Source of the DNA: Vitrella brassicaformis CCMP3155
Lineage: Eukaryota > Protista > Chromerida
Direction of reading: 5' to 3'
DNA length: 64,000 nucleotides
Assembly: GCA_001179505.1 (NCBI GenBank)
Contig: CDMY01000286.1
Location: 1-64,000, forward strand
Part shown: piece by piece, positions 22,601-37,016 of the stretch
How the letters are laid out: the number at the start of each line of letters is the position of its first letter
Numbering within the stretch: the stretch's first letter is position 1
Program-made: the position numbers and the translations under genes
Notes under the pieces: generated by a model
The model's input: only the letters and a program-made list of their open reading frames with translations
Database searches by the model: none
What the model was told of the DNA's origin: nothing

Positions 22601-25254
22601 CTTCTGCAGGAGGCCTCCCCCGAAGCCGCGAACCTCCCAGGCGCCGTTCACTCCCGCCGTTCCGCCTTTCCACCAGCCGATCGACACGATCATGACGACG
22701 ATTCGCACTCCATTGCTTCAGCAGTGAGCAGCAAGGCGTCCTTCCTGGCCGAATCATCTGCAGCCCCGTCTGACTCGGACAGACACACAATAGCGTCGGT
22801 TGGCGGTGGGGGCCTGCAGCGGAGACAGACGATGAAAGTCATCCGTGAGTCTATCGTCTCAGTGTGGAAACGGGTGTCCTCAGTGCGGCTGTTGAACTTC
22901 CGGCGACCGAATCTGACGACGACTCAAAGCCGTCGCTTGAGCAGAAGGGACAGCCCTGTGTCGCCGACGTCACCTGCACACGAGGAGGAGACGGGCACTC
23001 TGACCGACACGGCACTCGTGCGGCGACCATCCATCTTGAGGCCGCCGGGCATTCAGCGTCGCCGCTCACAAGTAACAATAGTGGACCGTGATCGCTTCTC
23101 GGAGGGCAGCTCTGCCGATGACATCCAGCCGCCAATGGCAGAGAGAAAAAAAGAAGAAGCGCCGCGGTCGCCCTCGCCGTCTCGTCGGGCATACTATGGC
23201 ACGCTCACGCAAGGGCAGCCTGTGGACGCCCTCGAGACCTACTTCGACGCGGACGACGTCGGATCAAGTGACGATGGACGGATGAAAAGGGCCGCTAAGG
23301 ACAAAAGGACAACGGGGCAGAAAAGCAGGGCGGACAAGGATCTGGCAAAGCAGGCCAAAAAGGTTCCTCGGAAGCTCATCTATGAGTCACTCGCTCTGCC
23401 GGTATGCATCTCAATGAACGTCTGTGTGCGCATGTCTGGCTCACTGCTGCATCGCTTGCGTGCAGGGCACAGATTGTTACGTGCGCCAGCACGTGTTGGT
23501 GTGCGGCATGTCCACTGGACTGATATCGTTCATCAACTGCCTGCGCGCCACCTACCTGCCCGCACACCAGCCGATCGTCATCCTCAATCCCACTGTCCCT
23601 GACAACTTTCGACGCTTGCTGCGACGAATCCCAGACGTCTTCATCGTACAAGTGCGTCCAGGGAGAGGGAGGGGGGTACAGTACTGCTCTCTCTGTGTGC
23701 TGTTGGAACGAAGGACCATGTCGTATGTTCAGGGGCAGGCGAGTCACTTCTACGACCTGCTTCGCGCCAATGCGTTCGAAGCCGACAAGGCCGTCATACT
23801 GCCGCAGCTCAAGAAAAGAGCGTACGTGACGATCGCCTGCCGGCATGATCTTGTCTCGCCTGCCGATTGATGGTTTGTCCAGGCACGGCCAGAAGGCGTC
23901 AGAGGAGCTGGCAGCAGCAGGAGCTTGCGACGACATCCACGGCCCGGAGAGTCAGGGGGACAGCGAGCTGGTCCATGACAGCGAGGCGCTGCTGATCTTC
24001 CAGATGATCCGCAGCATCAACCCATATGTGCATGTCATCATGGAGATAGAAAAGGCCTCACATCTCAGGCTGCTCGAGACAGAACGAGTGCCCGAGAAGC
24101 TGGAGCAGGTATTGTCTGCATAGAAAGAGAGAGATCGACATCAATGCATTCTATTCTCTATGTGTGTGCGTGTGTGTCTCGATCAGAGCTACAGGGACCA
24201 CAACTACACCAACTCGCCTTTCTTTGCCGCGGGGCACATATCCCTGCCGTCGATCGTCGACACCATCTTGGCGCAGGGGGTGTACAACACACACCTCATG
24301 AACATCATCGACGCACTACTCGTCGCAAGGCAAGCACGGCCCACCTGCACGCCTCATCCGCTGTCCACCTAGGTGTGTGGGTGGGCGGGTGGTGTCGTGT
24401 GAGCAGGACTCAGGACGAGAAGGTCAAGGCGATTATGGAGAGGAAGGGGCTTAAAAGCTCAAACCTCTTCCAGATATCCATGCCGCCTGACTGGATGTAC
24501 GCAAACGAAGAGACACAGAGAAGCGGATTTCCATCTGTTGTCCTTGTTCTTCCCTCACTCAGTGGGGATTACGGGCTGGACGACGACCCGAGCAAGACGT
24601 TCGGCGCCCTGCTGACCTACATGCTCAAACAAATGACACCCAAACTCACACCACTCGGCATCTACAGGTTGGGAGACACACATACACATGGACCAAGCTG
24701 ATCACGGACACATACTCACTTGTTGACCGTCAGGGCTGCCGGCACCTCAGACAATATCCTGCCCTTTGTCATCACAAACCCGCCGAAAGACTTCGGGCTC
24801 AAGAACACCGACAGAGTGAGTCAACGAGCACACACAGACACCCGGAGCACACACAGAGAAGCCAATTTCCATCTGTTCTCCACGTTGATGTCAGATATTC
24901 TGTTTGGGCAGCCAGTTGCCAGCCTACGAACACGAGAGCATCCGTCGGGTGGCCGCGGCCGCCGTCCGGCCACCCGTGCAGCCGTCAGCCACAGCCGACT
25001 GCGGGCCTTGCTCCAACGCCATCAACCAAGACGACTGGAACACACTTACCGTCAGCCAGCCAGCCCGCACACACATTGACACGCGGAGACGGATGGGCGT
25101 GTCTCCCCCTGTGTGTGTGTGTGTCTAGAGTGAGCTGCAGCAGCTGTCGAGTGCGTTGCGTGGGATCAAGTCAGCCGAGGGCTTACGAGATGACGAGCTG
25201 CGTCGGTTCGTTGAGCAGGCCATGGAAGATGAATTTGCCGTGCTGCGATCATGA
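19638..25254 (+). CDS. BK/Slo-type large-conductance K+ channel (6TM plus two RCK domains)
   Basis: S4 LLRILRILRLYRL. Pore WIYFVIVTISTLGYGDIAP. RCK1 HIVLVG, LTYLQGSPTNPKD and EDARTIMSALSIK. Also CPGFVTLVHNL and YLEGVSYEMY. RCK2 HVLVCG and YVQGQASHFYDLLRANAFEADKAVIL, then SPFFAAGH and PLGIYR. Confidence 0.93.
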
Positions 25255-26699
25255 GGGAATGACGAGGGAGGGGAGGGAGGGGGTGACGAGTGAGTCATGA
25301 AGAGGGGTAGACAGACGGGGAGGAACAGTCGATGTGTCGTGGGCCGTGTGTGGCTTTTGTACATAGGTGTGTGTGACATACAATTGCTTTGCGTGTAGAC
25401 GTGAACAAGTGAGACGACAAACGATGGTGGCGAACGACTGTCTTAGTCGTGACGATTCAATGGATTGACTGATTGATCCGTCGCTGCCTGATTATCTGTC
25501 TCTCCACTCGTCCATCCATCCATCCATCCACCCTCCCGCCCTCTAGTCAACTACACCCATACTCTAATCAAGCCATCCATCCATTCATCCAGCCATCATT
25601 CATCCGTCCACAGCAGCCACACAGTCAGTCACGCAATGCAACCCAGTGAGCATGTGTAGTGAGAGAGGTAGGGAGTGAGGTAGTGAGGGAGTGTGCTTGT
25701 ATGGTACATATAGTGTATGTCTGTGTGTGTGTGCATGTGGTGAACGGGCCAGCCACCTGCAGTTGCTTTCTGCCTGCCTTCCTTGATGGCTTGTTCGCTT
25801 GCTCACTCCCCCCGAGGCACGTGCGCTATACACCGACAAACAGGCAGGCAGGCAGGAATACCTACGGGTAAAAATATCACATACACACACACACACACAC
25901 ACAAAGGTGCTCACACGACGGACAGACGGACACGGCGGCCACAAATCGATATACATGGGTGAGAAAGAAAACAGGACGGCACTCACTCATTTCGGGTTAA
26001 AAAGAAAAGAAACTGACACTTACGCCATCGCCTGCGGCCCGGTGTAGCGATGAGCTGACTCGTAGACGGGCCACAGACACACACCAACGAAGAATTAATA
26101 ATGGGAAAAATTCGCGTGCGCACTGTGTCGGTAGGGTACCTCCCTCTCTGTCTGTCTGTCTGTCTCCCCCCTGTAAAACTGGCCATGTCTGTCTGTCTGC
26201 GTATGGTGCCACCACGTGCAGGGGTCCCTGTAGCGTACCACACACACACCAACACAGCCATTCCATCCATCAGTCCATCCGTCCGTCCATCCATCCACTG
26301 CGTCCAAAAAAGTAAGTGCGTGAGTGATGAGTGAGTGACACCCGAGCACACGTCAGTCACCAAAAAACGCTTCGACATCTCTCTGGTCCGTCAGGCAGGC
26401 AGGCCAGCCATGTGTACACACAGCAGCAGACCACAGACAGACAAAACAAGTACGTACGCTTTCACACCCGCAAGCAGCCACCATGCATCGATCCATGAGG
26501 CAGACACCATCCAATCTCTCCTTGCGTTTCAAAAAATGTCCCCATAAGCGACTCGACAGACAATCAGGTAGGTAGGTACGTAGACGGGCAGACAGGCCAG
26601 GTCACCCATTACGTACGTCGACACATCCATCCATCCATCAGACAGTCAAGCAGCCAGACAGACATCCTGTGGTGTTAGGGGTGTGTACGATTGATTTCT

Positions 26700-27969
26700 C
26701 TAGGCCATCTGGCTCTCCTCGGCAGCAGGAGGGGCGGGGGGCTCCTCGGGCTGCTCCTGTTGCTCCTGCTGCTGCTGGGTCTCCTCGGTGTCGCCCATCA
26801 CGGGTTCCTCGGGGGCAGCACCAGCAGCAGCGGGGGCCTCAGCGGCCTCCTCGGCCTCAGCAGCAGCAGCAGCGCCCTCCTCCTCCTCGGCCTTGGGCTC
26901 CTCCTTCATCTCCTCCTCTTTCGGGGGCTCGGGGGCCTCCTCAGCCGCACCTGTGTATGTGACACAGAGCAAGGGGCAGAAGGTGTGTTTTGCATAGTGT
27001 GTGTGTTTTGTTTTCTTGTCGGGGTGCGTTGGTTAATGACCTACCAGCAGCCTCGGCGGGCTCGCCAGCCTCCTCCTTCTTGGCCTCCTCAACTTCTGAC
27101 CAGGCCAGACAAAGACACAGACAGGGAATGACACACATCCCGGGCATGCATGCATACGCATGTGTGTATGCGGTGTGCGGCTTTTACTTTCGGGGACGGC
27201 AGTCTCATCGCTGGTCTTCTTGTCCTGCATGGTCTCGTCCTCCTTCTGCTCCCCGCCCTCAGCGCCCTCGCCCTCAACGCCATTCACCTGCTCCTTCTCG
27301 GCCTCCCCCTCCTCGCCCTCGTGCTCGTGCTCCTCCTCCTCATGGTGTTCCTCTCCCTCCGCGGGCGTGGCGCCCTCCGATTTCTTGGCGGCCTTTCGCC
27401 GGCCGCCCTTGCGCTTCGGTGCCGCCTTGGCCTTCTTCTTGGCCTTGCTCGCCGGCGATGTCGGCACCATCGGCGCGCCCGTCGCGGGGTCCAACGCGAT
27501 GCCCGGAGCGTCCACAGCCACACCTGACACACACACAGACATGCACAAGGATGGGAGGAATGGGCATGGGAGGCATGGCGACGTGAGACATGTGTTCCGA
27601 CGCATCCATATGGCCCATGTGTGACTGTGTGACGTACCGGGAGCCACGGCGACCACGGCAGGTCCCTGTTGGGCGACCGGAGCGACAGCCTTCTTGGCTG
27701 AAACCTTCTTGGGCGCGGCTCTCTTGCGCTTCTTCTTGGGATCCTCCTCCTCTTCCTCCTCCTCGCCCTTCTTGGTCGTGTACACGAAGTCAGCTGCACA
27801 CACACGCCGACACACACACGGACGACACTATGACTTCAGACCGAGGGAATCCGAGGCTTGTGGGGTATTGGGGTGGGGTGTGGGAGGTGTGCGTTCGCTT
27901 ACGGCTCTTCATCCACGACGGAGCGTGCGTGTGACGCCTGGAGCGTCTTGACTTCTCCTCAACCGACAT
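26700..27969 (-). CDS. Low-complexity Lys/Glu/Ala-rich, probably nuclear, hypothetical protein
   Basis: Spliced MSVEEKSRRSRRHTHAPSWMKSPDFVYTTKKGEEEEEEEDPKKKRKRAAPKK...AKKKAKAAPKRKGGRRK, then a long acidic tail ending ESQMA*. Confidence 0.7.
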
Positions 27970-28240
27970 CGAAACGACTCAACCAGTCAACAGACACGAA
28001 CAGTACGATAACCGACAGACGTCGTACGCTACCACACAGCCACAAAACACCCCAACAATCGGCCGCACCCCCAAACTGCGAGCTTGGCTTCTGGAGTGTG
28101 TTAGAGAGGAGGCGAGCGCGAAACGGAGAGAAATGCAGTGGATTCCCATGCGAAATTTGGCTGAAGGAATTGTACGTGTCAGTTTGATGTCCAGTTTTCC
28201 CTCTGTGCATTTGGTTTGACACAAGAGCTGGTTCCGCAGC

Positions 28241-31200
28241 ATGGTGGACGAGCACTCAGAGGAAAAGCTATGCCGAGTGAGCAGGACGCGCACGCGGATT
28301 GACCGGCGTCAGGGGGGTCGTCACCGTCGCTCCTCCTCTCTGTCTGTGTCCTCTGTGCGTGCTGTCTGTGTCGTGTGTGCAGTTTTGTCGGTTGGGCGAA
28401 GAGGAGGGCGAGCTCTACTACCCCTGCAAGTGCTCTGGCTCCATCAAATACATTCACGAAGAGTGCCTCAGGTCAGACACCAAAGAGGACGGAGGTGACT
28501 CTGTGTGGGTCTGACTGGCTGTGTGTGTGTGTGTGTGATCGGCTGGTTCAGGCGTTGGCTGCAGCACCAGGGGTCGACGCACTGCGAGTTGTGCAAGCAC
28601 GAGTTTCAGTTCGCTCCCGTGTACGCGGCTGACGCGCCGGAGCGGCTCTCGTACTTCGAGCTTATTCAAGGTGCGCACACGCAACAGGATGTAATCGGCC
28701 GATAACGTGGGAAAATGTCTGTGTTGTGCTTTGTGTGGGTATGTGTGTGGTAGGCATATGGGGTTACGTGAAGGAGTGGAGCAACGTGCTGCTGCGCGTG
28801 GTGTATGTCATGACTCTGTGGCTGGTGCTGCTGCCGTACCTGACCTTCACGGCCGCCAGGATGCTCTTTGTGGGCGGCACACACGGGTTCTTCCCCCAGT
28901 CATTCTTCAGGTACGATCATCTCATCTGCACACATGGCTGGCTGTCATGACTCTCTCTCTGGGTCTGCGCGTTTGTTTTCAGCTCCATTGCGTATGGTTT
29001 GGTGCTCAACATCGGCGGTCTGCTTCTGCTTTACATCGAGTCGGTCGTCGAGAACATGCTCCTTTCCTTCCACCAGCTCCAGATGCAGCCCGCACAAGGA
29101 GGACAGGACGGCGAGCAGCACGAGGAGCAAAACAACGAGAATGGTGATAGTGGACCACAGCAGCAGCAGCAGCAGCAAGAGCAGCCGCCAGCAGTGGAGA
29201 CCGGGGACGCGTCCTCCTCCGTCGACACCCTCTCTCCCCCCCACCCACACATCGAGACCCACCCAGCGTCGCCGGCAGGCGAGCACATTCCGACCACCAT
29301 CAGAGCTGGCGACACCCCCACCACGGCCCCATCCACACGAAGACAAGCCGACACACCCACATGGGGCGGGTCCGGGGACGTCGATAGCTCGCTGGGGGCC
29401 AGCATGCCGGCACCGTCTGGTCTGCTCCCGCCCTCACCCACAGTGGGCGCCCAGCCGCCAGAGACCCACAATGGCGAGGCGATAGACCACGGCCTGGCTG
29501 CTTTGTCGAATTCCTTCACGGCGCTGGTGGGTCGTCTTCGGTTCTACTCGCTGGAGGCAGTGGAGCACCAGCTGTGGTTCGACGCCGAGGACACACAGAA
29601 TGGAGGGGGGCAGCCGGCGTTCCTCCAAAACGCGGCGGCGCCCACGCCATCCACCACGCCGACACGGCCGGAGGACGAGGCAGCTTCTGCGGCTGAGCGG
29701 CCCATCGACAGGCTGCACACGCTCACGGAGCAGGCTGGCGACACGCAGCCACAGCCGCAACCGCAGCCGTCTGAGGCACCGTCGCCGCCCTCTCGGTCTG
29801 TGTCGCGGGAAGACACGCAGCCGCCCGCCGTGTCGGCACCGGAACCACCAGCACCGGAGCCAGCAGCATCGGCTTCAGCAGCATCGGCTTCAGCAGCATC
29901 GTCATCGGCAGCAGAGGAGCCAGCAGCAGGGCCCCCTCTGCCTGGCGCACCAAGCCACTACGCGTCCCCGCCGTTCCCCGTGCTGCGCAACCCCTTCACG
30001 GCCTGGCTGTGGGGCACCAACGAGCCGTCTCCCAACGACGACCACCCGCCATCCTCTCCTGGCGACTCGGGTGGTGTGCCGCCGCCCTCATCCACGGCGA
30101 TAGGCCAGCCTGGTGGCGCGATGGGGCCGGATGGTGTTGTGGGTGAGGTTGCTGAGGCTGCTGGAGGTGTGGGTGATGTTGGGGATGATGGTGACGAGTT
30201 CGACCTGGAGGGCGAGGGCGATGTGCTTGAGGATGAGGTGTGGAACATGGTGGGACTGGTGGGCCCCTGCAAGAAGAGCCTTATCTGCATGGTGAGTGGA
30301 GAGGAGGGTGGCGGAGGCGGGAGAAGGCGTTGTTGGATGATGCGTGTGTGTGGTGTGCTTGTGTTGTTTGTGTTGCCTGCAGATGATGCTGATGTATTCT
30401 AACCTGGCGGCGACACTGCTGCTGCTGGTGATCCCATATTTTGTGGGCCAGTACACAACCATGTGGGGGCTGCAGAAGCTCCTGGAACAGGTACGCAGCG
30501 GCACACGCCACAGCGTGCTCCACTTTCGCGTAATTGATGGTCTTTCTCCATCTCACACAGGCCTTTATAGACGAGCCAGAGGTCCGCACGGCCACCCTGT
30601 TCAACCCCTCCCTGGCCAAGCTGGAGCCCACCATCTTCATGCGACACTGGCCTGACGACAGCGTCCTCTTCCGATCCAACACCACCTCATCACGCAGACG
30701 CCCGCCCGCCAGCCGCATCGGCGTCCCCGTCGAGAACGTGCAAGTGGAGCTGTGGGCCGTCACTCGGGGCGACAGCGGCGCAGCCGTCCCGGAAGGCACC
30801 CCAAAGCCATTCTACACCTCTCCCACACCACCGAGATGGCGAGGGCTGTTCCACACGCCAGCACAACCACCGCACCGTGCGGCCAACGACACGCTGCCGT
30901 CATCAGGTGTCCCGTTCCCCTCTCCACGCAAGGCGGGCGGGCGTCGCGTGTCGAGTCCCCAGTCGTCGTACGTGTGGTGCGGCACCTTCTCCACCGAGAG
31001 CGGCTATCTCGACGCCAACATGTGCCCTGCAACCCAGAAACCCGACACGTGCACGCAGCTGTCTCTGCTGGCGTCTCTGCAGTGCCCACCTCCCCCAGCC
31101 TCTGTGCTCGGCCGATGGGCTGAGAAGCACGGCGGCGATGAGTATGGCGAGGGCAGGGTGACGGCTACATCTGCGGCTGCTGGAGGCATGTATGGGTCGC

Positions 31201-33927
31201 CTCGGTCGAGCCATCACGGCCGGCGGGTGGCGCTCAAGGTGCGGTCGGCTGTGGCTGGCCTGTGGAGGCGGGCGATGCAGGCCGTCATGGATGCGGCGAG
31301 GATACCGGTGGGCACGCACATGGACACGGACACAGCAAGCATCGTCTTTCATGTGTGTCGCCGGTCTGCATGTGTGTGTGTGTGTGCAGGATGGTTCCCT
31401 CTTGACCATCGACGCCACATCCGCACAGCCAGCCGCGGACGAGACGCCCGTCCCCAGGCCGCCTCACCGTGTGGCCCTGCTCCTCAACTTCGACCACCAG
31501 AGGGTCCTCAGCTCCACCACTGCCAACACCGCAGCGGCGTCACATACGCAGGGGAGAGGAGGAGACAAGAAGGCCACCACCAACCGCACCACCAGCAAAA
31601 TTCTCTCACCCTCCCCCACATGTCCACTGCCCTCGCCCCCCTCGCTCAACACCGGCTCCCAGGGCGTGTGCATGCGGCCCAACCCGTTCGTCAGACGCTT
31701 GCCCTCGCTCCACAAGCTCGCCAGGCCGGAGAAGAGGCCCATCCTGACGACGGTTGGCGAGCGGCAAACGGCGAGCGGCAGCAGTGGCAGTGGTCGGAGG
31801 GAGGAGGAGTCGGTGTTGGTGGCGGAGGGGCGGCTGGACGAGGGCGAGTGGGACCTGCGCTTCGGATTCCGCGTGATACTCAAGGAGGGCGACGGGCATG
31901 GTGTCGCCAGCAGTGGCAGTGGCGATGCGGCGAGGGAGCTGCGTGTGCTGATGGAGGCACCGCTGCCGGGCGAGAGCATCCGGACCGACCTGGTCATCTA
32001 CCTTGTTGGGTACGCAGGGAAGGAAAGAGAGACGCATTTGTGTGGGAGAGGGGTCATGTGCCTGGGCTGTGTGTGTTGGTGCAGTGCGCTGGTGAGTCTG
32101 ACGGCGTTGTTTGTGGGTGCCGTGTTGGTGGTGTGGCTGGCATTCCTCGTCGCGCTCACGCCGCTCGCCCAGACGCCCACCGTGCAGAGCTTCCTGCAGC
32201 TGCTGTGGTATCTGCTGACTGAGGGCGGCGCGTGCATGGGCCACGTGTGGATCGACATCAAGAACACTCTCATCGCTTGCGCCGTGTCGTTCGGCATGCC
32301 GCTGCACCTGGGCAACCTGATTATATGGGCGGTGTGCGACGTGGCCTTCCAGGTGCCCCACGCCGTCCGGGCGGCCCTCGTCAACCGATACCTCTTCTTT
32401 GGCACGCTCCTAAGGGTACGCACACGGAATTATCGATGTGTGACAGGTGTAAATGTGTATTTGGGTGGATACAGGTGTGTCTGGGCTACAGCTATCTGTG
32501 CATCTGCACGTTCATCGAGTCGTGCCTGGTGCGGATCCTCTCGGACGACGCCCTGCGCACCATCCAATCGGGCGACTTCTTCCTAGCGTCCATCTTCGTC
32601 CACAGACACCTCTTCTCGCACGCGGGCGGAGGCAACGCCATTCCGATCCTGTCGGGACACCTCTCAACCAGATCACTCTTCAGGGTATGCCAGCAGAGCA
32701 GCCGGATGTTTCCTGGATGCGGTCACTGTGTGATTGTGTGTTGTGTGCAGGTGTTGTTGAATCTGCTGGCGGTCCACTCGATCGCCATCTACGTGGTCTT
32801 CTACCTGCCTCCCTCGCTGCTGCGGGTCACCTGCCCAGACCTGCTGCCGGTGCGGATATTCAGATGGTCAAGCACCCCGCCCTCCCACACCCTCTCGCCC
32901 GACATGGACGCGCTAAGCATCCCCCTCGTCACTCCCAACACCACAGCCACCATACCCCTTCACAGCATGGAGCCCGAGAGCAGCGCAGGCGGTCTGGAGC
33001 TGGAGTCGCATCTGTGGTTCCCCATAGAGTTCTTCTCGGTGCACATACTGCTGCCAGGCATTCTCAGATCGCTCAGGGCGTCACAGCACCTCGCTGCGTA
33101 AGCCATGAGGGCACCACTGGATACACGCAGCTGGCTGCATGCGTGTGTCTCTGTGGCCGTAATGCCTTTGTGCAGGTGGGTTGCGGCAGCACTCGAGTGG
33201 TGTCTGTGGCTGATGGGTCTGGGCTACCTGCTCAAGAAGAACCAGCCCCAGCCGCCAGACGACCAAAGACCACCAGATGACCCCCACCAGGCCGCCGACG
33301 ACTCCCTCTCATCCACCAGCGGCCAGTCACACCCCCTCCCTCCCCTCTCCCTCCCCACGACCGAAGCAGACACCCTCAGACCATCCCCGGCACCACCGCA
33401 TATGATGTTCCCCTCTTCCCGTCTGGCCGGCCCCGCCTCTCAGTCGGCCTCTGCCAGCGCTGCTGCAAGCGGCAGCCTCTCGCACGCGCACTCATCGCGC
33501 TCTTCGTCTTTTCTCGGCCTGGGTGGGCATTTCTTCCCACACGGCGGCTTACGACGAATCCGCACGCTGAGGATAGAGCTGCCGCGGCTGCCGCCCCTCC
33601 CCCCTCTCCCCTTCGCACATACGGCTCGGCAATGGAGACGACTACGCATAGTGCTGCCGGCGATACCTGTGGTGTCGACTGTGGCGCGGAGTCTGCCCCC
33701 GTTGAGGCTCTTGCCCGGCCGTGTGACCCACGGGATGCGCCCGGCGTATGTGTATGCGGTGCAGCTGGGGATGAAGGGGGGCGAGCTGGTGTGGAACACT
33801 CTCTCCTATACGACGACAGTGCTGGCGCCGATAGGGGAGGGGGGGCTGGAGTGGTCGAGAAAGGTGGCGTCGTGGGCCAGGGCGGTGGGCCTGCACATTT
33901 GGATAAGGTGAGATGAACGCACACGCA

Positions 33928-33965
<38 letters not shown>

Positions 33966-35212
33966 AAGCGCCATTGACAGCAATATGTGTGTGCACCGAT
34001 GTGTGTGTCTCTGTGTGTGTGTGTGTTTTGTGTGTTCTTTCAGGCTGCAGCTGCTGATGTTTTCCGTCTTGTTTCTGGCGGTTGCTGTGGTGACCAACAC
34101 CTTCGTGCTGAGCGTCCCCCTCGCCCTGGGCCGCTACTTCTTCGCCCCCCTCTCGTCCGAGCTGGCGCATGACTTCCTGCCGCTGTGCGTGGGGGTGACG
34201 GCAGCTGCTGCCCTGGTGCTGCTGGTGGAGAGATCTTCCACATACCTGGCCGCACAGCTCAGAGAGACGCCCAGACAGGTATGGATAGAGACGGAATTGT
34301 GCATCCAACACGATCGCTGCGTTGTCTGCAGGTGATCCTCGGTGGGCTGGCGACGATTCTGCTGATAGTGGTGGTGCTGGGTGTGCTGCCTTTGATGGTG
34401 GGCTCGCTGCTGAACGTTCTGCTGGTGGTGCCGTTGCGTCTGCCGTGGTACCACTCGCCGTCCTTCCTGCCTCTCCACTGCTGGGGCGCCGGGCTCGTCT
34501 GCCTCAAGTGCGTCGTCAGGCTCACTCAGATGGGCGCACTGCAGGGCCTCGGCACCCTCACACAGAGACTCGAAGAGGTGGGTTGAGACGCTGAGACATC
34601 CATCCATCCATACAGCCATTCATTCCTGACCGTGCTGTCCATCCTCAGGTGCACACACTGTACCGGTCAGTGGGTCTCTTCTCTCTCGAGCTGCACAGGG
34701 AGGTTTATCGTCAGCTGGTCGGCCCAGCCCTCATCGAGCTGGGCCTTCATCTCGCCCTCCCCGCCCTGCTGGCCAAGGCCCTCACACACAGCGGCCGGCT
34801 GCTCTGCCTGTGGGAGCTGGTGAGCTGCCGTCCGCTGCCCTTCGACTGGCGTGCCGTGAGCATGATGGAGGGAGGGGGGGTGTGGTTCTGGGCGGCGTGC
34901 TTCCTCCAGAGGTACTGCTACCACCTGGCACTGCTCGGGCGAATGGTGGTGGTCGGCCTGCCGGCTGCTGGCCGTGCGCTCGACCGGCTGCATCACCAGC
35001 TGCGCGACCAGAAGTACCTGGTGGCTGCGACCCTCCTCAACTACACCCCCACACCCGAAGATCAGCAGCAGGCCGCTGAGCATGAGACAGCCCCCGAGAC
35101 AACAGCGGCCCCAGCATCGCCACCAACAACAGCAGCGGCATCCCAGCATAGGGAGTGGGACAGTGGTCTGCTTGGGTCTGTGATGAGAGAGAGCCTGCTG
35201 GGGAACCTGTGA
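28241..35212 (+). CDS. MARCHF6: RING-CH (RINGv) multi-pass ER E3 ubiquitin ligase, MARCH6/Doa10/TEB4
   Basis: LCRFCRLGEEEGELYYPCKCSGSIKYIHEECLRRWLQHQGSTHCELCKHEFQFAPVYA, many TM segments, FPIEFFSVHILLP, LPLHCWGAG and the C-terminal HQLRDQKYLVAATLLNY. Confidence 0.92.
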
Positions 35213-37016
35213 TTGGCCTGGTTCTTTGCCACTATATGTGCTGCTTGTGTGATGGATTGCCTTTCTGCAGCAGTGGCGGAGGAAAGACGATTGATGGATG
35301 GATGCTACGTGAAGGGGGAGAGGGAGGGGAGAGAGGGAGGAGAGGCGGCGATCGATCGCATGGAGGCTGGCCGGCGGACACAGGGCCTATTATGAGGGAT
35401 GTTTGTTGAGTATTCCGTGGTTGGCTGGTTCATTTGTTCAGTGAGTGTATGTGATATGTAGGGCTCGGGGGGGAGGGGGGGGGGGNNNNNNNNNNNNNNN
35501 NNNNNNNNNNNNNNNNNNNNNNNNNNNNNNNNNNNNNNNNNNNNNNNNNNNNNNNNNNNNNNNNNNNNNNNNNNNNNNNNNNNNNNNNNNNNNNNNNNNN
35601 NNNNNNNNNNNNNNNNNNNNNNNNNNNNNNNNNNNNNNNNNNNNNNNNNNNNNNNNNNNNNNNNNNNNNNNNNNNNNNNNNNNNNNNNNNNNNNNNNNNN
35701 NNNNNNNNNNNNNNNNNNNNNNNNNNNNNNNNNNNNNNNNNNNNNNNNNNNNNNNNNNNNNNNNNNNNNNNNNNNNNNNNNNNNNACTACAGTACAGCCA
35801 ACCAGGAGTAAGTGTAGTGTCTGTCAGCCAGCCGCGTGAGATTGTGGTTGGAGTGTGGTTGTCTTGTGTTGAGGCGGGGGTCGGCGCACATCACATCACA
35901 TACAAGCGCTGTCTTTTTTCCTCTTCTCCCTTTTCCCACCCTTCCTGGCCTTCCTGTTGGCCTGCCTGCCTGCGTCTCCCCCTTCTCTCGCTGACTCACC
36001 CACCGTCTGTTTCCTTTTGCCGTTTTGCCCTGCTGCTTTCGTTTTTGGACGCGCAGCGTCACTGCGGACCGGACTGACGTCGACTGAGAGCGAGGGAGTG
36101 AGTGGGTGGGTGGGGAGTGGGGGCAAACTGCTAGTCAAGGGTGCCTGTCTGTCTGTGTGGTTAATTGCTCGTCATGCGTGCGTCGCGCCAGTGGCTTTGT
36201 ACTGCCTCGTGTGTGCCGTGGCTTTACCTTTTTTCAATGGGCGTGTGTACACGTCCCATTGTGTTCATCAGCTCTCTTGTCTGTCTGTCTGGCTGTCCAG
36301 GAAGGTGGTGGTCAGTCGGCGGCGTGCCTGCGCACTGCGTGAGCAGCTGGCGCGTGCACGCTGCCTGCGGACCGTGGTGGCGTCTGATGCATTCGTTCAT
36401 TGGGGCGGAGGGGTGTCAATGGGGTGGGGTGCGGGTCCGTGTCTGGCGCAGACAGTGACGTGCCTTGCCTGCCTGCCTGCCTGTGTCTGTGTGTGGGTGA
36501 ATTTGCGTGCCTCTGTGCCTCTGTTTGTGTGTGTGTGTGTGTGAGCAAATGACACTTGCAGTGTGGTATGCTAATGTATTGCTATTCAGAACGCGCAAAC
36601 GAAATGCAATCGATCACCACCCGCATGCACACATCACACCAGACACGCGCCGAAAATAACGCAGAATTCGGAGAGCACACCCGCGCACACACAGAAGTTG
36701 TCCTTCGTGCATACACTTATTCGAAGAAACACATCAGGGCAGGATGACGACATACACACAGGCAGAGAGCCACAGCCACTTACTCATTACAGTCAGTCCA
36801 GCCACCACACACACACTTCAACAAACACACCAATACACAGACACAGGGACACCAGCAGTGTGCTGACAGACCAGCTGCACTCAGGCGTGGAGGCAGGGAA
36901 GCAGACAGACAGACAGACGAGGGCGCAGAGAGGACCGCTAGTGGATGGCACCTATTTATATCAGTGCAGCACAGAGGGCAACGCACATCTCCGTCTCTCC
37001 CCCCCTTCGTCCCTCA

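Noticed and set aside
26691-27624. Plus-strand Leu/Ser-rich ORFs that look like membrane proteins
   Set aside because: Antisense shadows of the Glu/Lys-rich minus-strand gene, whose splice sites are all on the minus strand.
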